Shown here piece by piece: positions 57,007 through 64,000 of a stretch of 64,000 bases of DNA. The position numbers were made by a program, and so were the translations under genes. The notes beneath the pieces were generated by a model. The model was not told the DNA's origin and searched no databases. It was given only the letters and a program-made list of their open reading frames with translations. Source of the stretch: Gammaproteobacteria bacterium (GTDB taxonomy: Bacteria > Pseudomonadota > Gammaproteobacteria > JAURND01); assembly GCA_047601185.1 (NCBI GenBank), contig JASGJS010000001.1, positions 1,636,340 to 1,700,339 of the forward strand, read 5' to 3'. Position 1 is the stretch's first letter; each line of letters starts with the position of its first letter.

Positions 57007-57276
57007 TTAATATCGGATATTTAACTCGGTGATTAATTTGCGATAGCCTTCGGCATCAACACTTTTGAGGTAATCTAAAAGTTTACGACGTCGGCTCACC
57101 ATACGTAATAAACCCCGGCGTGAATGGTGGTCTTTGGAATGGGTTTTAAAGTGACCGGTTAACTTGTTGATACGATTCGTTAAGATGGCAACTTGTACTT
57201 GTGGAGAACCAGTGTCTCCTTCAACGCGTTGATATTGTTTGACAATGTCGGCAGTTTCTACAGCAGTCAATGACAT
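57007..57276 (-). CDS. rpsO: 30S ribosomal protein S15
   Basis: 89 aa, [37 protein letters not shown]. The ORF-track N-terminal extension (57277-57372) is rejected. Confidence 0.95.
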   Translation of the reverse strand: MSLTAVETADIVKQYQRVEGDTGSPQVQVAILTNRINKLTGHFKTHSKDHHSRRGLLRMVSRRRKLLDYLKSVDAEGYRKLITELNIRY

Positions 57277-57409
57277 AGTATTTCCTCTTATAATGTATGA
57301 ATGGCCAGAACCACTGTCATGTGCAGAACCGGCGAGAGGCGGCAGTATATCGCAAATCTTGCTGAGCAGCAACCGCTACCTATGAGGACTCGGGCGATTT
57401 ATCTAAATC

Positions 57410-57438
57410 TTTACACAAATCTAGGAATTTGTTACAAT
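57410..57438 (+). promoter_or_regulatory. Putative sigma-70 promoter of the Sel1-repeat gene
   Basis: TTTACA-N17-TACAAT, 63 nt upstream of ATG 57501. Confidence 0.4.
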
Positions 57439-57500
57439 ACGCGCCCAAAAGTTATATAAAGTCCAGATTAAGTTAACGTCATTTTAGATGGGGGTAGTAT

Positions 57501-58979
57501 ATGAGTGAAGAGAAAGGTGTTCAAAGCAAGATCCCTTCAAAAGATACCCTTGGAGTAACTCAGCAACAAAAACAAGACTCCGACACGTTGTGTAAAGCAG
57601 GCATGACTTGTCTACAAACCTTTGAGACATTCAAAATTCAGGATGATTTGGTGTTGGCGCAGCAATATTTTAGGGATGCTATAAAAGCCTATAAGTTTGA
57701 ACAGGGAGATCCAGAAGCATATTTCGCTCTAGCTGAAGAAAAATTAGTAACAACAGAAACACAATTAAAAACCTTGAAAGAGATAGCTGATTTAAAGATA
57801 AAAGCGAAAAAAAAAGATGTCTATTCCCAATTGAAACTCGCTAACATTTTTATAAAAGAGAAAGACACAAGACAAGCTCTTAATTACTTTCATAAGGCCG
57901 CTAGCTCTGGAAATTATGAGGCTCAATTTAGAATAGGAGCGCTTTATGAAGATGGCCAATTAGGTTTAAAGAAAGACTTGAAGAAGGCTATAAAATACTT
58001 TCTTGTAACGGCCACACAAGGTTCAGACCAAACGCTCGGACCGTCAATGCAGGACCCAAAATGGAAAATATCTGCAAAACTTCGATTAGCAATGTGCTAT
58101 CAAGAATTAGCGAAAGAAGCAAAAGACAAAGATGACAAACAAAAATTTATACAATCACAATTTAATTGGTTATCGATGTGCGCCAAAGAACATGAATCTG
58201 AGATGCCTGCATCAGCTTTGTACACACTCGGTAAGTTATATTCCCAGCATCATGTATTAAATCTTACCTCAATGACTCCAGGTAAGAGGGATTCGCTTGC
58301 CGAATACTACTATAAAAAAGCTATAGCAAAAGATGGAGATCAAGGCTATACGGATGCAATGATTGAATTATGCGGGCTTTATACTGAGAAGCGGTGTGGA
58401 AAAACATTGAAAGATGCTATAGACATGTTAGCATTTTGGCTTGATCAAAATGAAGATGCAGATGAGGATGCAGATGAAGCAAGGAAAAATACTGATGAAG
58501 AGATTGGAAGGGTAACTTACTGTTTAGCAGTTTGTTATAAGCTTAATGACGAGCCAAAGGATTTTCTTGAAACACTAAAAGAGGCTGCCGAAAAAAACGA
58601 GCCGAAAGCCTTTTTAGAATTGGGTGAGCATTACGAAAAATGTCGTCACTATGAAAAAGCTCAACAACACTATAAAAAAGCTATCGATGAAATAAGTCGT
58701 GGTGACTCCCCTGTAAAACACTCCAGGTATAAAGAAACATTGGCTGAAGCTACAGAAAAATTAAAGAGTATTCAACAACTAATCGTTCAAATGAGTAAGC
58801 TGAGTTTGCCTCAAGAAACCAAAAAGCGTTCGACCGCGCATTCGACCGCGCAATTGTTAAGTAGTTCTCTATCTGATATGCTGATTCCCTATCCAAATAC
58901 AAGCGCTTCGCCGAGCACCCAGCCTCAGGCGACCATAAGCAGTACTAATGATCAGAAACCCTTACCGACTCGCAGATAA
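57501..58979 (+). CDS. Sel1-like repeat (SLR/TPR-type) protein, 492 aa; candidate effector or host-interaction factor
   Basis: Multiple SLR units (e.g. AQFRIGALYEDGQLGLKKDLKKAIKYFLVTATQG; LYTLGKLYSQ..; FLELGEHYEKCRHYEKAQQHYKKAI). Ser/Pro/Gln-rich tail. AT-rich. Confidence 0.8.
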   Translation: MSEEKGVQSKIPSKDTLGVTQQQKQDSDTLCKAGMTCLQTFETFKIQDDLVLAQQYFRDAIKAYKFEQGDPEAYFALAEEKLVTTETQLKTLKEIADLKIKAKKKDVYSQLKLANIFIKEKDTRQALNYFHKAASSGNYEAQFRIGALYEDGQLGLKKDLKKAIKYFLVTATQGSDQTLGPSMQDPKWKISAKLRLAMCYQELAKEAKDKDDKQKFIQSQFNWLSMCAKEHESEMPASALYTLGKLYSQHHVLNLTSMTPGKRDSLAEYYYKKAIAKDGDQGYTDAMIELCGLYTEKRCGKTLKDAIDMLAFWLDQNEDADEDADEARKNTDEEIGRVTYCLAVCYKLNDEPKDFLETLKEAAEKNEPKAFLELGEHYEKCRHYEKAQQHYKKAIDEISRGDSPVKHSRYKETLAEATEKLKSIQQLIVQMSKLSLPQETKKRSTAHSTAQLLSSSLSDMLIPYPNTSASPSTQPQATISSTNDQKPLPTRR

Positions 58980-58984
58980 CTGCA

Positions 58985-59638
58985 TTGGCTTGCTATCTTA
59001 GTGATGCCTGCTTAAAATGTAGGCATTATTCACCTAAATTGAGTGGGGAACCCTATGAGCGGGATGCGAATTGCCTTTTCATTCTAATCGGTTTACTCAG
59101 CGCTTGTGCTAGCATCAAGCCTGCACCTTCGTCGTCTATCTCCTCGGCAACCCAAGATGTCCACCAACTGACAGCCTGGCAAATTCATGGTTCTGTGAGC
59201 ATTGTCCAACCCCAGCATTCCACCATTGCCACCTTAAATTGGCAACAATCTGGCCGCGATCAGTATTATCTCTTGTTATACGGCCCTTTAAGCTTAGGTC
59301 AAGTCGAAATCAAAGGCCAACCCGGCCAAGTGACATTGACCCAATCGGGGCATCAACCTTTAACCGCTACCAATGCTGAGACGTTAATCCAACAACAGTT
59401 AGGCTGGCAATTTCCAGTTGATCATTTATATGATTGGGTCAGAGGGATACCAGCGACAGGAGCTGCGGCCACCCAACAACAATTCGATGCCAATCATCGC
59501 TTGATTCAATTCACACAAAACGGCTGGCACATTCAATACCTAGAATTTATGTCAGCGCAAGGTTATGCATTGCCACGCAGAATGGTATTAGTGAATGGCG
59601 GCTTACGAATTACGTTAGCCATTAAGCGGTGGTCATAA
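58985..59638 (+). CDS. lolB: Outer-membrane lipoprotein LolB (start uncertain)
   Basis: The body is collinear with E. coli LolB (NWQQSGRDQYYLLLYGPLSLGQVEI vs [25 protein letters not shown]). The lipobox LLSAC is present, but no in-frame ATG gives a normal signal peptide. Confidence 0.8.
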   Translation: MACYLSDACLKCRHYSPKLSGEPYERDANCLFILIGLLSACASIKPAPSSSISSATQDVHQLTAWQIHGSVSIVQPQHSTIATLNWQQSGRDQYYLLLYGPLSLGQVEIKGQPGQVTLTQSGHQPLTATNAETLIQQQLGWQFPVDHLYDWVRGIPATGAAATQQQFDANHRLIQFTQNGWHIQYLEFMSAQGYALPRRMVLVNGGLRITLAIKRWS

Positions 59639-59662
59639 TTTCGAGTTAAAAGAGGCACTTAT

Positions 59663-59692
59663 TCGGGAGCGCGGGCAGCTTGCCCGCTAAAA
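59663..59692. repeat. Family-B solo arm, copy B9 (B-prime)
   Basis: TCGGGAGCGCGGGCAGCTTGCCCGCTAAAA, between lolB and ispE. Confidence 0.85.
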
Positions 59693-59695
59693 TCA

Positions 59696-60509
59696 ATGCT
59701 AAGCTATTTATCCCCCGCCAAACTCAATTTATTTTTGCATATCACCGGGCGACGTGCCGATGGTTACCATAACCTACAAACGATTTTTCAGCTTTTAGAT
59801 TATGGCGATACTTTACACTTTAATTCGCGTAAAGATTCGACCATTGCTTTGGACAATACTTTAAATATCCCCCCCAGAACAAAATTTGATTTGGCGTGCT
59901 GCCACAGCGCTACAAGCTTATACCCATAGCCATTTCGGCGCAGATATATCCATTGAAAAACGCTTACCGCTAGGCGGCGGATTGGGCGGCGGCAGCTCTA
60001 ATGCGGCCATCACCTTATTAGCGCTCAACCAACTTTGGAATTTACAACTTTCTGTTCAGGAATTGGCGCAATTGGGTCAATCATTGGGCGCGGATGTTCC
60101 AGTGTTTGTCTATGGGCAAACTGCGTGGGCTGAAGGGATTGGCGATGTGCTAACGCCTGTGCAATTGCCGGAACAATGGTATTTGGTGGTGATTCCGCCT
60201 TGTCATGTTTCTAGCGCTGATTTATATGCAGAGCCTGATTTGGCCCGTCATTGTCCCGTTATTACGATAGAGGATTTTTTTCAGACTGAGACACAGAATG
60301 TTTTTCAGCCTTTGGTTGTTAGAAAATATCCCGTGGTTCAAAGCGCTTTAGAGTGGTTGAATCAATACGCACCGGCTCGAATGACAGGGTCGGGAAGTTG
60401 CGTTTTTGCAGCTTTTGCTCAACAGGAGATCGCTCTAAACACATTAAAACAGCTGCCCTCACAATTTAGAGGGCTTATCGCGAAGGGTGTTAGTGCATTT
60501 AAAAGATAA
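59696..60509 (+). pseudogene. ispE: 4-diphosphocytidyl-2-C-methyl-D-erythritol kinase (IspE), frame interrupted in a C7 run
   Basis: Two ORFs (59696-59929 and 59886-60509) together are collinear with E. coli IspE ([37 protein letters not shown]). Removing one C from 59869-59875 restores ..[17 protein letters not shown]... Confidence 0.85.
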
Positions 60510-60681
60510 GCGGGCAAGCTGCCCGCGCTCCAACAAACTCGAGCCATGATTTCAGGTGGAGCCTACTCAATCTATGAGACTCATAAGTAGCTTTTAAAAG
60601 ATGAGAAAGGCTCTAAGAGGAGGAAGTCTCCATTCCAAAGAAAAGCTGGGACTCGGAGCGCGGGCAGCTTGCCCGCTAAAA
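60508..60681. mobile_element. Family-B element, copy B10 (B-prime)
   Basis: AAGCGGGCAAGCTGCCCGCGCTCCAACAAACTCGAGCC - internal (..TAGCTTTTAAAAGATGAGAAAGGCTCTAAG..) - GGGACTCGGAGCGCGGGCAGCTTGCCCGCTAAAA. Confidence 0.9.
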
Positions 60682-60709
60682 TGTCTGTTAAAAATGCCTA
60701 TAAAAGCTA

Positions 60710-60738
60710 TTGAGTATTTGTTTGGCTTTCGGTAATAT
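60710..60738 (+). promoter_or_regulatory. Putative sigma-70 promoter of tRNA-Gln (and possibly prs)
   Basis: TTGAGT-N17-TAATAT, with the -10 element ending 17 nt before the tRNA 5-prime end. Confidence 0.4.
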
Positions 60739-60755
60739 ACAGCACTCAACGATAT

Positions 60756-60830
60756 TGGGGTGTCGCCAAGCGGTAAGGCACGGGGTTTTGATCTCCGCAT
60801 ACCTAGGTTCGAATCCTAGCACCCCAGCCA
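60756..60830 (+). tRNA. tRNA-Gln (anticodon UUG)
   Basis: TGGGGTGTCGCCAAGCGGTAAGGCACGGGGTTTTGATCTCCGCATACCTAGGTTCGAATCCTAGCACCCCAGCCA. It has a 7-bp acceptor stem, anticodon loop TTTTGAT, T-loop GGTTCGAATCC and an encoded CCA. Confidence 0.9.
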
Positions 60831-60880
60831 ATTTCAGTGAACCACGGAAATTCGGAAAGACCTCGCTTCGAGAACTCAAC

Positions 60881-61828
60881 TTGTCAAACATCAAAATTTT
60901 TTCTGGCAATGCCAATCCGGAATTGGCAAAGCTGGTCGCGCATCACCTCAAAATTCCTTTAGGCAAAGCCGAAGTCGGTCATTTTAGTGATGGCGAAACC
61001 TTAGTTGAAATCTTCGAAAACGTTCGCGGCCATCCAACGTTTATTATACAGCCCACTTCAGCGCCTACCAACGACCACATTATGGAACTGTTGGCGATGG
61101 CAGATGCATTGCGCCGCTCCTCAGCTGCTAGCATTACCGCCGTTGTCCCCTATTTTGGTTACGGCCGACAAGATCGGCGGGTGCGCTCTGCGCGCGTTCC
61201 CATTACCGCAAAAGTCGTTGCGGATATGATGTCGATTGTCGGTATCGATCGCATTATCACTGTCGATTTACACGCCGATCAAATTCAAGGCTTTTTCTAT
61301 ATTCCTGTCGATAATATTTATGCAACGCCGATTTTGTTACCGGATATTCGTCAAAAGAACTATCCACAACCCGTGATTGTATCGCCTGACGTAGGCGGTG
61401 TGGTGCGCGCACGTGCCACCGCTAAGCAACTCAATGATTGCGAGTTGGCTATTATTGACAAACGCCGCCCCAAACCCAATCAAGCCGAAATTATGAACAT
61501 CATTGGTGAGACGGAAGGGCGAAACTGTATTATTGTGGATGATATGGTCGATACCGGCGGCACATTATGTCAAGCCGCTAAAGCACTCAAAGATCGTGGC
61601 GCTGTGACAGTCTCTGCTTATTGCACCCATCCTGTGCTATCGGGCCGTGCCCTCGATAATATTGCCGAATCGGTTCTGGATGAGTTGGTTGTCACTGACA
61701 CCATTCCACTCAGCGATGCCGCTCAAAAAGTCAGCAAAATTCGACAATTGAGTATCAGCAGTTTATTGGCCGAAACAATTTATCGCGTCAATCATAAAGA
61801 ATCAGTAAGCTCTTTATTCTCAGATTGA
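60881..61828 (+). CDS. prs: Ribose-phosphate pyrophosphokinase
   Basis: 315 aa from TTG 60881 ([16 protein letters not shown] vs E. coli MPDMKLFAGNATPELA). Motifs [24 protein letters not shown] and [13 protein letters not shown] are present. The ORF-track start at 60710 would read through the tRNA. Confidence 0.93.
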   Translation: MSNIKIFSGNANPELAKLVAHHLKIPLGKAEVGHFSDGETLVEIFENVRGHPTFIIQPTSAPTNDHIMELLAMADALRRSSAASITAVVPYFGYGRQDRRVRSARVPITAKVVADMMSIVGIDRIITVDLHADQIQGFFYIPVDNIYATPILLPDIRQKNYPQPVIVSPDVGGVVRARATAKQLNDCELAIIDKRRPKPNQAEIMNIIGETEGRNCIIVDDMVDTGGTLCQAAKALKDRGAVTVSAYCTHPVLSGRALDNIAESVLDELVVTDTIPLSDAAQKVSKIRQLSISSLLAETIYRVNHKESVSSLFSD

Positions 61829-64000
61829 GCGCCAAAATTTTCGATCTATTTTCCGTTGCTCTTCGACTTGAATGGCCTGATGCTGATTCAGTTTTATCGT
61901 TATCGCACCTGATTGGGCAGTATCTAAAACATGGGCACCTATTCCTTGATAACGCGCTACGACTTTGGTATCGGGAAAATGGAATCGATTTAAATAGCCC
62001 ACTGGAAAAATCACCCAAGTAGGACTTACCGCTTGAATAAAGTCTGAGGTAGAAGACGTCGCACTCCCATGATGCGGCGCGACTAACACTGTCGCTGTTA
62101 AACTTTTAGATTGATGCGCAAGCAAGAATTGTTCAGCAGCTCTTTCAATATCCCCTGTCAACAAAATACTGCCGGTCGGACTGATAATTCTTAACACACA
62201 AGAACTATTATTATTTTGTCCTAATTCAGATTTGAAGGGGTATAACACTTCGAATTTTACCCCATCCCACGCCCAAGACTGGCCTGCTAAACAATACTGC
62301 GCAGAAAAAAGCGGCAGGATTTTTTCGGGAACACTGGTTTTGATTTCTGCAACCGGTAGATTTTTTAATAACGTTGCAGCACCTCCGATATGATCATTAT
62401 CACCGTGACTGATCATTAGAGTATCCACTCGCTGAATGTGTTGCGCTTGCAGATAAGGCAGCAACACTCGACTCCCCGCATCGGCTTGCCCAGGTCCAAA
62501 ACTCGGGCCTGTATCAAAAATTAAAGTGTGATGCGCCGTGCGCACCACCGCAGACAAGCCTTGCCCCACTTCTAAAACTGTCAACCACACCTCATTCATC
62601 TTCGGCGCAGGGGGTCGATAAAAAATGAGTGGGCTTAACCATAACAGCCCCAATCCTCGCAATGGCCAGCCCTTAGGCGCTAACAGGATTAACACACCCA
62701 AAATAGAGGCCAATAATATTTCTGAATTGGGCATCGTTTGCTGCCATACCGCCCCAGGCAGTTGTGCTAATTCACCCAACATCCACCAAATCAACGTCAA
62801 AACTTTAGCCGCTGCCATCAAGAGTAATTTCCCCCCCAGCGGAAATAAAAATACACTGATAGCTCCTAATATACACAGCGGCAAAACCACTATGCCGACC
62901 AAAGGCACCGCCAATATATTCGCAACAAATCCAATCACAGAAACTTGTTGGAAAATCGCAATACTGATCGGGATCAAACTTAAACTGATTACCCATTGGA
63001 TGCGCGTATATTTCCATTTGCCTTCTGAGGCCTGTAATCGACCACTATTCGCATAAATAATCGCAAATACCGCTGAAAAAGACAGCCAAAAACTGTCTTG
63101 AAAAACGGCTAAGGGTTCCATGATTAAAATCCCAGCAGCCGCTAATGATAACCCTTGCCAGATTGACCAAGGCCGACACCACAATACTGAGATTAACGCT
63201 AAACTCGCCATCCACAATGCGCGCTGTGCTGGCAGCGCGAAACCCGCCAACGCGCTATAAAGACCCGCGACTAAAAGCGCAACAACCGCCGCCGCCTGTT
63301 GCGCAGGCAACCATAGTAATAAACGCGTGGAACATCGCCACGCTCGATAAGCCATCCAATAAAAAAAGCCTGTGACAAAGCCAATGTGCACGCCGGCAAT
63401 CGCCATCAAATGATTGGTGCCTGTCGCGCGCATAATTTGCCATTGACTGGCAGTAATGCCCTTTTGGATACCCACAATTAACGCAATCACTAAACCTTGC
63501 GTCGGCTCTCTGACTAACACATATTGAATCTTGTGTTGAATGGTCTGACGCAAACGTAATAAAGCAAAATGCCCGCTGGAGTTTTCCGCTCGTTCTCCGT
63601 TTAAAATAGTGCCCGTCGCACGCAATCGCTGCGCAAATAACCACTTTTCATAATCAAACCCACCGGGATTGAGTAGTGTGTGCGGACGCTTGAGTCGTAC
63701 CGTGTAATGCCAATACTGGCCTGGAGACAACTGGATATTGGTGGGTAAATGGTACCAGCTTAAATGGATTTTAATGGGATTGGGTAATAGATAAACCTTC
63801 CCATCATCCGTGACAGTTTTTAATTGAAATTCAAAATTCGCCGTTGCATCCTCAATTTGAGGTAGCGAAACAATGAAACCTGTAATATGTATGGGTTTAT
63901 TTTCCAAGGCTTCTGGCAATTGCCATAATAAAGTGTGTTGCACTGCCCAAATGATATACCCTCCCCCTAAACAAACCCCTAATAGCACCCGAGTAAGCCA
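61820..64000 (-). CDS. comEC: ComEC/Rec2 DNA internalisation channel protein (N-terminus beyond window)
   Basis: Polytopic competence domain plus a C-terminal metallo-beta-lactamase domain ([19 protein letters not shown]). The reading frame is open to the window edge. Its 3-prime end overlaps the prs stop by 9 nt (convergent). Confidence 0.88.
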   Translation of the reverse strand, partial: WLTRVLLGVCLGGGYIIWAVQHTLLWQLPEALENKPIHITGFIVSLPQIEDATANFEFQLKTVTDDGKVYLLPNPIKIHLSWYHLPTNIQLSPGQYWHYTVRLKRPHTLLNPGGFDYEKWLFAQRLRATGTILNGERAENSSGHFALLRLRQTIQHKIQYVLVREPTQGLVIALIVGIQKGITASQWQIMRATGTNHLMAIAGVHIGFVTGFFYWMAYRAWRCSTRLLLWLPAQQAAAVVALLVAGLYSALAGFALPAQRALWMASLALISVLWCRPWSIWQGLSLAAAGILIMEPLAVFQDSFWLSFSAVFAIIYANSGRLQASEGKWKYTRIQWVISLSLIPISIAIFQQVSVIGFVANILAVPLVGIVVLPLCILGAISVFLFPLGGKLLLMAAAKVLTLIWWMLGELAQLPGAVWQQTMPNSEILLASILGVLILLAPKGWPLRGLGLLWLSPLIFYRPPAPKMNEVWLTVLEVGQGLSAVVRTAHHTLIFDTGPSFGPGQADAGSRVLLPYLQAQHIQRVDTLMISHGDNDHIGGAATLLKNLPVAEIKTSVPEKILPLFSAQYCLAGQSWAWDGVKFEVLYPFKSELGQNNNSSCVLRIISPTGSILLTGDIERAAEQFLLAHQSKSLTATVLVAPHHGSATSSTSDFIQAVSPTWVIFPVGYLNRFHFPDTKVVARYQGIGAHVLDTAQSGAITIKLNQHQAIQVEEQRKIDRKFWRSI

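Noticed and set aside
60710-60880. The 372-aa prs ORF starting at 60710.
   Set aside because: It would translate through tRNA-Gln (60756-60830). The E. coli Prs alignment begins exactly at TTG 60881.

Overview
This is a 64-kb chromosomal window from a moderately AT-rich gammaproteobacterium. Local synteny is gamma-type: lolB-ispE-tRNA-Gln-prs, bamD/rluD/pgeF, rpsO-pnp, rnhB-dnaE and panBCD. These blocks are interleaved with eukaryotic-like proteins (ankyrin, Sel1, DOT1-like). I infer an intracellular Legionellales-type organism (Coxiella/Rickettsiella/Aquicella-like); this is not proven and I cannot name the species.

About 45 protein genes are supportable, and most are housekeeping:
- Cofactor and nucleotide metabolism: coq7, coaE, coaBC, panBCD, purD, prs.
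- Replication, RNA and translation: tsaD, ung, dnaE, rnhB, trmB, proS, rluD, pgeF, pnp, rpsO.
- Envelope and transport: asmA, bamD, htrA, lolB, comEC, an RND efflux pair.
- Other metabolism: two FadE-like acyl-CoA dehydrogenases, a 2-oxoacid dehydrogenase E1ab/E2 operon, an aroD-aroE fusion, ispE.
- Two tRNAs: Gly-CCC and Gln-UUG.

Three things stand out.
1. Three families of palindromic MITE/REP-like elements (here called A, B and C) plus one orphan inverted repeat fill almost every gene-3-prime intergenic space. Several supply the last codons or stop codons of conserved genes. They also form a 3.8-copy 308-bp tandem array and an 89-bp tandem array.
2. A tandemly duplicated Rpn-type PD-(D/E)XK nuclease cassette is bracketed by family-B elements. 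The two copies differ only in a mosaic patch in the C-terminal tail.
3. Several AT-rich orphan genes look like secreted effectors: a stand-alone DOT1-like methyltransferase, a 930-aa membrane protein with class-II (CCA-adding/poly(A) polymerase-like) nucleotidyltransferase motifs, a 1080-aa ankyrin protein, a Sel1-repeat protein and a proline-rich membrane protein.

Three homopolymer-associated frame problems (ispE, the DOT1-like gene, the lolB start) suggest either homopolymer sequencing error or ongoing gene decay. No CRISPR array, prophage, classical IS transposase or rRNA was seen.
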